Below, piece after piece: positions 48,365 to 60,495 of a DNA stretch of 64,000 bases. Origin of the DNA: Lama guanicoe (Eukaryota); assembly GCA_013239625.1 (NCBI GenBank), contig MU054323.1, positions 186,001 to 250,000 of the forward strand, in the 5' to 3' direction. Made by a program: the position numbers and the translations under genes. Each line of letters starts with the position of its first letter. Position 1 is the stretch's first letter. The notes beneath the pieces were generated by a model. That model searched no databases. It had not been told where the DNA came from and worked only from the letters and a program-made list of their open reading frames with translations.

Positions 48365-48520
48365 CACTTCTGTAAGGCACCAACCATGTGCCTGGCCCCT
48401 TGCTAAGCATTCCTCGTGTATAATTTCATGAGATGATCGCTAAGCTTGATTCCATTTTATAGAGGAGGAAACTGGGGCCCAAGGTCATGGCATGGAGGTG
48501 GCAGAATGGGATTCAAGCTC
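48365..48520 (-). mobile_element. MIR SINE fragment
   Basis: CCATGTGCCTGGCCCCTTGCTAAGCATT...TCCATTTTATAGAGGAGGAAACTGGGGC...GGCAGAATGGGATTCAAGC. Confidence 0.8.
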
Positions 48521-50079
48521 CCCGTCCCCTGCTCGGCCTGGCCTTCCTGCCCTGTGTCCCGCAGCCCTGGGACCCGTCGGGTGGTGGTGGGGGCGCAGTC
48601 CTCTGAGCATCCTGGGAGCGGCTCGCCCTGTGTGGTGGAGAAGGGCGGATGTAAACATGACAGAGACACGAGCCATTTTCTGAGGGAACGTTATCTGTGC
48701 AGACTCGTTCATGGTGCATTGAAATAAATAATTCCTTCCAGGGGGATTTATCTTTCCTGCAATTAAAAAAAATTTTTTTTTGATGTGTGGCAAGTGTTAA
48801 AATTTGTTTTCAAGATCTGTTAATGAACGCCAGAGTGATTATGCTGAGAACCCCATCAATTACGCGGAAAATCAGGTAACCAGACTATTTACTTTATGTA
48901 ATAGATGTGTGGGCTCCTTGTTCACTCTCTGAAAGAACATTCCTGAAAGGGTCATTTTTTATTTCCTGAGATGCCTTTTCTCCTAATTGCTTGAAGGTTT
49001 GAAAATTGCTCCCTTTCCCCCATTTTCATTCTGCGCGAATGTATTTCCTCGTGTCACAATTCGCTGACACCTCCGGTCCCCTGGAGAAGCAGGGCCCTCC
49101 TCCAGCCTCCCACGTGCCTTCTGTCTCACCAGGAAAACCTCGGAGATTCAAAACCAAGTTGGAAGAAATACAGCTCCTTTGGTTTTTCTCTTTTGTAAAC
49201 AGATTTGACAAAATGGAGTGGGAAGAACCCAAGAACGGGTATGGGGGAAGCTGGCTTCCCTCCCCAGACCTGCCATGGATTTGCTGAGGACATGGGCAAG
49301 TCCCTCCCCTCTTCTGTTTCCTGGAGTGTCCGATGAGGGCAGAAGACGATCTGGGGGTCCAACGTGGGGGATGAAGTCCTGGATTTTAGTGAAACCTGAG
49401 GAAATCTTTCTCTCAGAGCTTCCTGACACATCCAGTCTGCCCAGTGAGACATCCAAGCTGAATTTCTCCCTCGTGGAAATGCCATAACCAAGGATTCAAA
49501 TGTCGAGGGGCTAGCCCACCTGGCCTTCCAGTCTCATCTAGCTCTGGTTCCTTGGCCGGATGGGGTCAGAGGGTCTCCCATCCTGATAAGTCAGCTGTAC
49601 CCCTTGCCAGGTGCCCGCCACCTTGCATACCATGTGCTCACGCAGACTTGAGGCTGGCTCCCCATGGACAGATACTCCCCCTGGTCCTTGCACCCTCCCC
49701 CTTCTGGCAAATGTTATAGTTCTGAGCTGAGCACACCCTTGTTTGGCTCTTTTATCTCTTGGACTCCATCTAGCCACGCTCTAAGACAGAAAGTGGAGAC
49801 GGAAGCCTTCCTTAAAAGTGAGTCCATCTTGGAGATGCTAGATGACCTGATGGTAAGAGGGCAAGCCAGCCTCGTGGATAGCTCCCAAGCTGGGGTCCCT
49901 GTTGTCCTCCTTGAAATTGTGTATTTCCATCCTAAACAAAAGACCATCGTTGGCTTGGCCTGAATACACACCAATTACCACACACATCAAATACACGAGC
50001 TCTAGTTTTAACCAGCCTCTGAGCTGGCTCAATGAGTCTGTCCTTGAACTGTCCCTTCCTTCCCCAGCTGGAGAAGCTT

Positions 50080-50228
50080 CCCCAACTCCCTTACTGTTCC
50101 CACCCAGCCTCCTGCCAACCAGCACACGTGCATTGAACTGTTTCATGAACGAGAAATCTCCTTCTATCTTGTGAAGCTGAGACATCTGGGGGCTTATTGT
50201 TATAGCAGCTAGCACTAACCTGGCTGAT
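50080..50228 (+). mobile_element. MLT1 LTR 3' end (5' extent uncertain)
   Basis: GAGAAATCTCCTTCTATCTTGTGAAGCTGAGACATCTGGGGGCTTATTGTTATAGCAGCTAGC resembles an MLT1 LTR terminus. Confidence 0.6.
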
Positions 50229-52802
50229 TTGGTTTGCTCTTTAGACCTCTTACCACTCCATCATGTACTGCTCTTATGGGTCTTTCTCTCTCACTAGGCT
50301 GGGCGCTCTCCGAGAGAAAAGGCTACATCTGATTTGTCTTTATATTCTTGAGGTTGATGATTGTGCCTGTAACACGTGTGGGTTGAATGAATGAATATTA
50401 AAACTCTTGGCTGTTTAAACTTATAATCACAAAGAAAAGTTGAAAGTGTTGTTGGACATTTTTCTTTACATCAAAATGGGACTGGAAATCCTAGAAGGCT
50501 TCTTGGAGGTGGTGACTGAAACTTTTTTTTTTGAATTTTAAAAATTGGGTTAGTTAGTAAGGGAGGAACATACCTAAAACAAGGACCACAGTAGACATGG
50601 TGGTGGGGGGCGGGTGTTGAAATTGTTGGTAAGTTGAGGTGCGGGGAGTTGTGGTGGGGAAGAAATAGGATTTGGGAAGTAAGAGAAGAAATACCATGAA
50701 ACTGCGTGAATGAAAAAGGAAGCAACAGAGAAGAACGCTAACCTTGACCGGGTACTTTCTGGTGCCAGGTACTGACCTACCATCCTCGTTCCTGCTCCTC
50801 CGCATGTTCACCTTGATTTTACAAGTGAGCCTTAGAGACTTTGGCCTTGTCCCAAAGGGGGACACAGCAAGACACTAGGAAGGAGGTAAGAGCCAGAGGT
50901 CAGCAGCCTCGGCTGTGCTGCCCTAGAACCCAGGCTTGGGGCTTTGGGTCCCTTGGGTAAAAGAGGAAGAACCCTGATTCCGTGAGATCTCTCTGTAGTG
51001 GGAGTAAAACACACAAACAACCCTCCTGCAGCCTAGAGCTGAGCACACACCGCGAACGCTTTTGGTGAAAACATTCCTAGTGTTTGGGATAAATAAGTTT
51101 ATCCCTCTCCTCACTATCCATCTTTGCTACTCAGGATGGAAGATGGAGATTAAGGTGGAAGCCTTTTGGTGATTCATTTCTTCATTGGTTCTTTCATTCA
51201 ATAAACCTTTATCGAGCACTTAGTGCATACCCAGTCCTGAGCAGGGTACCAGGAATGCAATAGTGAACAGCAAGGCCACCTTCATGGGGCTGACCTGGTG
51301 GCGCTCCGCAGGTGGTCGCCGTGGTTACAGCCGCAAGATTCTTCCATACAGGGTTGTCCATGAAGGCTCTACACCGGAGAGATACCGAAAGAGAGCAGTG
51401 GGGTCTGCGGGCTTACTTTAGTTAGAACGTGCAGGGAAAGCCAGTCTGGAAAGAGACATTTGCGCTTAAGGTATGACTGATGAGATGGAGTCAACGCGCA
51501 GAGAGCTGGGAGGACGGAGCCCGGGAGAAGGGGACTTTGGGAAAAGCCCCCAGAGAGCGATGCTACCTGGACCCTAAGATCACGGAGCTTGGGCTGCTCA
51601 CTCCCTGGGACAGAGGCATTTGGGGCAAGACCCCCAAGAAGAGACCAAGCCCAACAAGCTCTCTGGTCCACAGGAAATCATGACCTCAGATGCCGGCGTC
51701 TGTCCTCATCATTCCTGATGTTTGACAACTATTTCCTTCCCACCGCAGGCCCAGCCTCCAAGTGCAGAAACACCGGAGCACGCCAATGAAATTGATTTAG
51801 TGCTGGCGGCGCACTCGCTTCCCCGGCCGCGGGCAGGAGAGATTTACGGCCCCTGGAAGTGCCACCCCTCCCTGCTTCCTGTAAATCTCCCACCACATTT
51901 TGGGCGGCTGGAGCTATTTGGGTAACCTTTATCTGAACCAGAACTTCCTCGCCAGGAACTTCAGAGGGTACCTCCAGGAAGGACAGGAGAACCCCAGGGG
52001 CTGACTTGTTTTGGGGAGGATTCCAGGCCTGCTGAGGACAGCTGCTCCGCAGGCATCAGGCCGAGAACAGAGTTCTCCTTTGATGCAGGGATGGCTTTGT
52101 GGGGAAGGCACAAGCCCCCAAAGGGGCATTTGGGGTTTATGGAGGGCGTGTGGATAGGCAGCACGCGATTAAGCCCGAATGTCGGGTGCGTGGAAATAAA
52201 AAGGGTCGAGGGACTCGTCGGAGGCCAGATGCTCGTGGCTGCGAGGAAAGCCATGCGATGTAGAAGAGAGAGCGAGGGTTTGAGTCAGACGCATCTTACA
52301 GACGTTATATTATATTATATATCAACGTGTCCATGGTCTGTCTCCCTGCCTGGAATCTCATCTCCAAGAGGCCAGGTCTTTGATTATTCCCAGATACACC
52401 TTCCGCACCTAGAACCACGCCTGGCTGATGGCGAGCGCTCAGTAAGTCGTCAGTGAGTGAATGAATAATTCCAGATATACTCTGGCTCCACCACTGCAGG
52501 ACCTTGAGCAAGTCTCTGCCTCTCCAAGCCTGGGCTTCCTCCTTTGGATACTGGCAGCAAGAATTGATCAATCAAAATAATAAGGGAGATGCTATTTGCC
52601 TTTAACATTTCAGTAAAGATTATCTTCCTTCTCTTTCCTCTTTGCTGCTCCTCTCTGAGGCCTGGGAGTGAAGCCATAATAGGACACGTGTCATGCCCTC
52701 GAAGCAGCAGGCACTGGGCCTCCAGGTTTGGGGCGCTTCCCATTGCAGGAGGAGCCACCACACTGAACGGATCACTTAAATGTGTGTTTCTTTGTGATTC
52801 TG

Positions 52803-53011
52803 CAACCAAGAGATTTTTTTTTTAAAGAATCAACAGAATGTAGTAATCCAATCATAAAGGACAGTCAAATGTGCTTACATATCTTCAAGAAATCAATCAT
52901 CTAAGTTATAAAAAATAAGTAGTTCATTTGTGTTCGTTTTTTTAGATTTCACATGTAAGTGATATCATATGGCATTTTTCTTTCTTTTTCTGGCACAACC
53001 AAGAGATTTTT
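52803..53011 (-). mobile_element. Short chimeric retro-insertion (L1 3'-UTR piece plus unassigned sequence plus poly-A) with 16-bp TSD
   Basis: CAACCAAGAGATTTTT at 52803-52818 and 52996-53011; T10 run at the left junction; antisense L1-like segment at about 52912-52994. Confidence 0.8.
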
Positions 53012-54954
53012 GAAGTTACCTCCTGCACAGGGACGGTGCAGAAGAGGCCAGGGAAGCCCTTTGCAGGCTGTTGGGGTGGCCACAAGCTGTGGGAAAGGAC
53101 ACAGCACTCTGAGTTCTAATATGGAGTCAGCTCCAGAGCAGCTGCCATGTGATGCCGTATGACGCTTCCTCCGGGAAGTCTTCCAGGACCAGCTCTTCAT
53201 GTGACCCAGAGAAAGCTGGATTTGGACCCCCAGAGCATCACGCTCCCCTCTCTCAGAGTGCTGTCCCTTCTTTAAATGCTGCCTCAGTGTACCTTAGAGA
53301 CAAAGAATGCATCTTCCTTTTCTTTATCCCTCGGCTCCTTCTGCAGAGTGAGGGGACAGAGGGAAGAGGGGAGCTGGTCGAACCTCCCCCGGTGCCCGTT
53401 GTGACATTTATCCTGAACAGGCTAGTCAGTGGCTGCAATCTCTGGACAGAAGGAGCAAACTGAAATTGCTTCAGTAAACAGCCCGGTCAGAGCAAACCCG
53501 GGCCTCATTAAACCACAATTAGGATTTCTGCTTTGGCTTCGGAGGAACTCCGCTTGGGACCTAAGACTGTTTATTTGAATAAGACTGTGGCTGGGGCGGC
53601 AGGAGGGGAGGGACAGAGGTGGAGGTGGAGGTCAGGCGGCGGGCGTTGGATCTTTCTGTCATTCTGGACACTTTAATAATGGGAAAACCTTTGACCTGAG
53701 CCCTCCCAGATCCCTGGATTCCAGAACCCAAATAACTAGGGGACGGCAGTTTTGAATCTGCCTCAAATTCCTAATTAAATGGGATAAGGTACAGAAAGCA
53801 CCCTGTGCCCAGCGAGGGCTCAGTAAAGGTGAGTTACCTCTTAGTAATCTGGTCCGACATCCACATCAAAACCACAAGAAGAAAAGCTCACTTTTTGTTA
53901 AAATTCTTGTTTAGGCTGTGAGTGGCCACAGTATCTTTCATTTGCCCACCATTTTTTTTTTCCCCTGTTGAAAAGCCAACAAGCAAATGAACGACCAGAT
54001 CTCTTGTATATAACATTTTTAGGTACTAAATACTGTATTTCTCTGAGCTTTCCTTCCAAGATTCTGCTCAGCCTATTTCACCTCCCCCAGATCCTGGTTC
54101 TCCCGCTGCCCCCTCATCTTTCTATGACTCCACATGGCAGTAACACAGCTAATGTTTTTCTCAGGGCTTGGCCATTTACAAAGTCTTTCTTCCATGTAGC
54201 TTTTCTTGTCAACGCTTCTCAAGAGTCATTTCAGGTCAGTGTTAATCAGCTTTCTCATTTTAGATTTCGCTTTTGATTTTGCTCACTATCTTCAAGCCAG
54301 TAAGGAGTTCCCCAATAGATAATCCATTCAACTAACAATCATTTGTAGAGCACCTACAGTGTGTGGGCACTAGAGATATGGAATGAATAACACAAGCCCT
54401 GCCCTCTGGGCAGGTTATCTGATTGTCTGGTGGTCCATTTGAATTTCTGTGGGTCTCTGAAAGCAGCTCTCCTTGGACTAGCCCAGTCTCTGATGTTTTC
54501 TGGCTGAAGGGATGGCATATTCTAGAACATCATGCAATATTAGAACATATTATAATATGGGGTTGAAGACTGGTCTGGGTTGGGGAGATAAAAGCCTTAG
54601 CTCTGCCACTAACCTACTATATGACCTTGACCACTTTACTGTTCGCTTGCAAGGCCTTGGTTATCTCATCTGCAAAATGGGACGTGGTCTGTAAAGTTCT
54701 AAAAGTTAAGCGAATCTGGATTTTATATTATACACGCAAAGGTGAGGCAGTATGGACTATTGTGTATCCATTGATTGAGTGATGATATTTGCCAGGAGTA
54801 TGAATTATGTTTTCTCTGATTAGTGACCCACGAAGAGGAAAGGACCTCTTTGTAATGTTGGGTTGAATTTATGCAGGCTTTTGAGGAAGTCTGTCAAAAG
54901 GGCCCTGTGACGTGGAGTTGCCTGGTCAGTCCGGGCTCCCAGTAAACGTTTGCT

Positions 54955-55100
54955 GAATGGATGAACGTGAGGCAGGCGTGGTAGGCTCTGCCGAGGCGTG
55001 TTCACTGATGGATGCCCACTGGTTGAATGTACGTGGGTCAGTGGGGACTGGTGAGTGAAGACATGGATGGTTGGATGGATAGATGAATGAGTGAACAGAT
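54955..55100. repeat. Degenerate (TGGA/TGAA)n low-complexity tract
   Basis: ATGGATGGTTGGATGGATAGATGAATGAGTGAA. Confidence 0.7.
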
Positions 55101-55799
55101 GGGACACGCCAGAGACAGTGACCTGAGAGGCTCCCTCCGGAGCGTTTTCTCCAAGGAGTTCCCAAGGTCCATGCTCAGGGCAGCCTGAGGTAGACCAGCA
55201 AGCCAAGCCCTATGAACATCCAAAGGGCGCGAGTCATGCTAAGTCCTACAGACCAGAGGCCTCCCTGAAATCTCCAAGGGAAGGTGTTGCAGGATACACT
55301 GGTAGAGGGTGAAGGTTGAGGGCAAGGGCTCACAGGAGAAAAGCCCACACTTGACTAGTCCAAATTCCACAGCCACCCAGACAGCATAATCACCTCAACC
55401 CCCTCACTCCTCTGGGCTCCCATGGCAATTCTTCCTTCCCTCTGCTCTGTCTTCATCTTAATTCTGCTTCACTGGGTAAGTGTGTGAAGGCTGGCTTCCT
55501 TGGCTGACCTGAGCAGGCTCTGTGTCTGCTTCATCTCGGCACCTCCCCAAGCCCGGGGTCTGGCTTGAAATAAGTCCCCGGTCATGGAATGAATAGATGC
55601 ATGACTGACTCTTAGTCTACAGCTGGTGGCTCCCTGAAGCTCACAGGACACTGAGTAAATATGTATCGCCCTCAATTGTTGTTGACAACCTTTTTCTAAC
55701 TGGAAAGAACGGTGCATATTTCACATCACTGTTAGAAAACAGTTTTTATATATTAACAGTAATATTTCCCTTAGCAACAAACCCAATTTGCATAATCCT

Positions 55800-55995
55800 T
55801 TGTAGGTTTTGATGTTTCATCTCAATTGTCTCATTTTCATCTTCAGTGTCCCTGACAGGAAGCTGGAATAGAGATGATAATCTTCTATTTGGGGAAGAAA
55901 CTGAGGCTCACGGAAGTCAGGTGGCTTGTCCAAGGTCATGCTGAGGGGCAGGGGCAGGGCTGGGACAGGTCCTGGGGTCCTGAGTCCTGATTCCC
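55800..55995 (-). mobile_element. MIR SINE
   Basis: GAAGAAACTGAGGCTCACGGAAGTCAGGTGGCTTGTCCAAGGTCA. Confidence 0.8.
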
Positions 55996-56344
55996 ACTCT
56001 CCCGCTGTGACGGGTTTCTACATTCACCTACCCCCGTGGCCATGTTTACAAGAAACTAGGAGGCCAAAAAATGGTCGGATCAAAGAACACTTAAAAAGAA
56101 TGATCTTCTTAATTAATAACAAAAGCAAATGCCGGCTTTTGGTGCGTTCGTAAATTGCGAGCTTCAACCTAATTGATTAAAATGCCCTGGTACCAAATGA
56201 ACGGCCACTTCAAAAGCAAGGAAATCCAGCCAAGGCCACAGTAAAACCGTTCTCCCCTCTTTTAAACCATCTTTGCGGTTTTCAAATTTGCCTGAAACTC
56301 TTCTCCGTGTCTGGGCAGGTCACACCTGCCAACTTGACATGCGC

Positions 56345-56387
56345 GCGGGGGCGACGTGGGGTGGCGGGGGCGACATGGGGTGGCGGG
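56345..56387 (+). repeat. 19-bp GC-rich tandem repeat, about 2.3 units, G4-capable
   Basis: GCGGGGGCGACGTGGGGTG GCGGGGGCGACATGGGGTG GCGGG. Confidence 0.9.
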
Positions 56388-56714
56388 AGCCGGCGGGCTG
56401 TGGGGCTTTAACCGGACTCTTCCATGCTCTGTGACCTGGAGCAAGTCTCAAAGCGGTGCTGGGTCTCGAGATCTCTCTCTCCTTTGAAATGGGAGGGCAA
56501 CCTTATCTATTAAAATTTTTAAATGTAGATAAAACAGCCAGCATGGTGTGTGACACAGAGTGGGTGGCCTATAAATGGATGCTTGCTTCCTCTTTCTGCA
56601 TAAGGGCCTTAAAGGACCTCAAGGACTCTTTAAACACAGGAGCGAGAGGTTCTCAGAGATGGGAGCCGAATGGCTAAATTCCTATGGCCCAAGGTACCTG
56701 GCTCCTGCAGGACT

Positions 56715-56880
56715 TTTGAAGTCAGGTCCTGTATTTGGTGTGACATGAAGCACGTCATTCACCCTCTCTGGGCCTCAGTTTCCTCATCTGTGAAATGGCT
56801 GTCCTAATGCCGACTTCGGGGGTGTGTTAGGATTGAATGAGAACACGCGCAGAGTTCTGGGTCTCAGTATGTGGTGAGCT
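56715..56880 (+). mobile_element. MIR SINE fragment
   Basis: CTCTCTGGGCCTCAGTTTCCTCATCTGTGAAATGG...GTTAGGATTGAATGAGA. Confidence 0.85.
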
Positions 56881-57079
56881 TTCACTATCGCTCTCGCACA
56901 GGCGGCAAGGAGGAGAGCTTGGGAAAAGCTGTCCGGAGAACCAGGGTCAAGTCCCGATGCCGCCACTTCCAGGCCTGCCGCACCTGCTTCCTGGGCCTTG
57001 CTCGCCTTGTGTCTAGGATGGGGCAGATGATTCTTGGCCCGCCTACCTGCAAGGCAGCTTTAAGGGCCTATGAATTAAT

Positions 57080-57254
57080 TGATGGTCTTGACCTTGGCTG
57101 CCCACTACACTCGGCCAAGGAGCCTTAAAAATGACCCCATCCTGGGACCCACCTCTGATCAACCCAATCAGGATTTAGGGGGCTGGGACCCAGGCAGGCG
57201 TGTTTCTCAAATGTCCCCAGTGGATCCAGTGTGCTGTCAGGTTGTGAGTCACTG
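57080..57254. mobile_element. MER5-family hAT-Charlie MITE
   Basis: CCTTGGCTGCCCA...GGAGCCTTAAAAAT...CCTGGGACCCACC...AATCAGGATT...GGGACCCAGGCA...TCCCCAGTGGATCC...AGGTTGTGAGTCACTG; quasi-palindromic MER5 architecture. Confidence 0.75.
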
Positions 57255-58739
57255 AGATAAAGATGTGGCCTTGTTTCCCAAATCATCAAGGCCTGTGCAC
57301 ATGTGGGGTTCAGGCAGGAGGGCTCCCCTCCAGGTCCTGCTCCTGTTCCTGGGGGACAGAGACTTCTCGGGGTCATCATTTCTTCCTCTGCTCCTTTGAT
57401 TCCCTTTCAACACTTCCCAGGATTTCTGTCCCCTCTGAAGAAGGAAACAAGGTGCTGGCAGTCACCGGGGCTTGCTGACTTTAACCTTCCCCAAAACAAG
57501 CTTTATTGTGAAGACCAAAAGGTCTTATAAACCTTAATGAGCGGCATATGTGAAACACATACGTGAATTGCTTGTTTGAAAAATATTTCCCAGCGAGCCT
57601 TCAATAGCAGAGCCTTATTATTCTAAACGGGAGCTTGTCTTACCAGAGGACCGAACAAAACCCCAGTTGGAGATAATTATCTTAGCAGAGTTCCCCGTGG
57701 GTCCCGGGAGAGGGGCTGGGGGTGGAAGTCACTGGAACACGTGCGCTAACTCGGGCTGCCTTTGTGTACACAGCAAATACAAAAGCTGGGCCTTCGGCAG
57801 TGAGAATTCCAGCTCCTGAAGTGGTGACCTCAACATTCGTTCCGGGGATGGCGAATAGGCTGGTCTCCATGGGTGGGGGGCTGGAGGTGGGAAGGAGGAA
57901 TGGAAGACACGTGTCCAAACTCTTGCTCCCGGCAAGAGCTGGGCGGTGCAGGCGGAAGATAATGGAGCCAGAGATGGGAAGACACAGGCTTTTCCAGTTA
58001 ATTCCGGTCTGGGGATGTGACTCTGAGCAACTCACTCCTGTTAAGTCTCAATTTCTCTGTGTGTCAGATGGGGCCACTGGGATGGACCAGCAGGATGACA
58101 CCAGGGACTGGAAATGATTTAATCCGATGTGCTAAGGAGGAAAGCAAGCTCTGTATGGGTGAATTTCATGGGCAGCAACTTCACACGCAACCTGCCTTGA
58201 CCTCACAGAAGACAAGGCTGGGACACAGCCTCAAGCAAGAATTTCGGGTTCCTAGGGCCCCCCCACTTCCTGGGACTGTTCAGCTACCATTACCTGAAGG
58301 TTTGGGCCGTCAGCCTCCTGAGCCTGGCACCCAGATGTTCAGGGAAAGTGGGCCACTGGGTCTCAATTAGCTGGGTAATTGCTTCAATTCCCTATTGCTC
58401 TCTACCCCTAATTATCTCCTTGCCGCCTCCCATTCCTGAGCTCAGGAATGCCACAGCCCTGCTCTTTTCTCAGCCGGGAAGCCACAGGGGGAAGCCACTT
58501 TGGTGGGACTTGTCCCACAGCTGCAGGCAGTCCAAGGAGGAGCAGGCAAGCCCCATCAGGCCCAAAGCACTCTTTGATCCCTGTCTTCCCACTCCAGATC
58601 TCCTCCAGAGGCTTAGGGGGAGCCTGCTGGTGTAGGCATAAGGGGTTGGGGGGGCAATCGGTTGAACCAGATGACCTGTGAGGCTGTAGGTTGAAATGGA
58701 CCAAACTGGAGATTTGGAGGGGGAGCCAAGGGCTGTGTT

Positions 58740-58890
58740 ACCTTGTGCAGCTGATTTTACTTGCCCCAGCCTCAGTTTTCTCATCTGCAAAATGGAGCTA
58801 ACGAGCTCTCTCCGGAAAGGTGTTTGTTAGGGTTAGGATAGTCAATTATGCAACGTGCATGCATAATTAAGTAGGTACCTGGCACACCGG
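58740..58890 (+). mobile_element. MIR SINE fragment
   Basis: GCCTCAGTTTTCTCATCTGCAAAATGGAGCTAA...GTACCTGGCACAC. Confidence 0.8.
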
Positions 58891-59959
58891 TGTGGCTGTA
58901 TGTAGCGCCTCCTGCTTCTCCATCCTCTCCGTCGGCAACAACCCTTTATGCTAGCGAGGCAGCTGAACAAATTGGGCAGAGTTTCAGAGCAGGGGCCGTG
59001 GGCAGCTCAGCCCCTTCCACGCTATCAGCCTTGGTTTCCCCACCTGTAAAATGTGGACCCCCTAAGGGTACTTTCATCTTCTGATGTTCTAGGAGGGGAG
59101 AAAGAGCGCATCCTCCCTGCCCCAGAGACTTCATCCAGGCAAAGCCCCACGTCAGGCTTCTCTCCTGCCTCCAGCACACGCCCCCTGCCTGTTTTTCCAC
59201 CAAGGTAAACAGAGTCATTAACGCTTTATCTTAATTGCCACTAATGATGGTAAATATGCTTGATTACGTAAAACAAGGCTTTCTGGTCTAATTCATTTCC
59301 TAAGCTGAACGGCAATATTTAACATTTCAACGGAGTTGTTCCAGCTTTGCAGCTGAACCGAACTGGTCCATTGTGGGTTATTAATGGTGGATTTGACTTC
59401 TCCTGGGACAAGCTGTTGGGGACAAATATGAGGCAGGAGCAAAAAGAAAGACCAATCACCCAGAGGAGGTCAGTCCCTAGTGAAAGGACTGAAGGATGAT
59501 TTTTCCCCTGGTTACTCCATTGAATTCGCGTCAGTCATTCTCATAGGTTTTTTTTTTTTTTAAGTATTTCATAAAGCATTTTAAATCCAGACTCCATCAA
59601 ACTGGAACTTTTAGGAAATTTGCTAAAAGATTCAGAATTAGGTTTATCTTCACTCATGTGTCTTACGTGCGTCTGTGTCTGTATAAATATGTATTTCTTC
59701 CATTATTTTTTAAAACTAGAATTCCTTTTTTTTCTTTTTGGGTTTCTTAACAATGTTGTCTGATTGTAGTGCTTAACTTTTTTTATTTAAATCACTTCCT
59801 CTTAAAACAATTCAATAAATTGCTTTGCGGCCAGTGGCAGCGTGTAAATGATAAATGCATACGTACGTACATTTTCTTCAACCATCAGAAAGCTTGTCAG
59901 GCTCTATGGTGAGAATTTTCACTTAAAAAAAGTGGTGATCCAGTTCTAGCACGAATTGC

Positions 59960-60230
59960 GGGGCCGTGGTGGAACTGAGGCCTCCTGCCGACAGCCGTGG
60001 GAGTGAGCCATCTTGGGACTGGAGCCTTCGGCCCCAGGTAAGCCTTCGGAGACTGCAGCCCCGGCCAACATCCTGACTGTGGCGTCATGAGAGACCCAGA
60101 GCCGAACCAGCCAGCTAAGCCCCTCCTAGATTCCACACCTGGAGAAACTGCAAGACAGTAAGTATATGTTGTTTGAAGCCCGTAAATTCTGGGCCACCAA
60201 ATTGCTACTCAGCAGTAAGTAACGAATACA
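59960..60230 (+). mobile_element. MLT1 LTR 3' half, MLT1F-like
   Basis: GAACTGAGGCCTCCTGCCGACAGCC...GAGTGAGCCATCTTGG...GACTGCAGCCCCGGCCAACATC...CCAGCTAAGCC...TAACGAATACA. Confidence 0.88.
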
Positions 60231-60254
60231 GTTCTTAACCAGTGGGGGACAGGA

Positions 60255-60495
60255 GTGTGTGCTTCTGTCTTCCATCCTCTGGAAGAACAAGTTTACACCA
60301 TGATTTACGGGGTTCCTGGTGGGACTGGGCCACAGTTGCCAGTGTGAAAAGCAGCTCCACAAAACACCCCTTCCTGACTTTCCCCCAACCCCGTCTCTTC
60401 TTCACTCCAGCTTTCCAGGATCAGTTCTCGAATGAGCAACCTGCACCCAAATCCTTGTCTCAGGCTCTGCTTTGGAGAAAACTCCAGCTAAGACA
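60255..60495 (+). mobile_element. LTR16-like (ERVL) LTR fragment
   Basis: ACCTGCACCCAAATCCTTGTCTCAGGCTCTGCTTTGGAGAAAACTCCAGCTAAGACA terminus. Confidence 0.75.

Noticed and set aside
49773..49851. Possible exon bounded by TAG and GTAAGA (HALRQKVETEAFLKSESILEMLDDLM)
   Set aside because: An isolated splice-site pair near MLT1-like sequence, with a peptide I do not recognise; not supportable without RNA-seq or homology.
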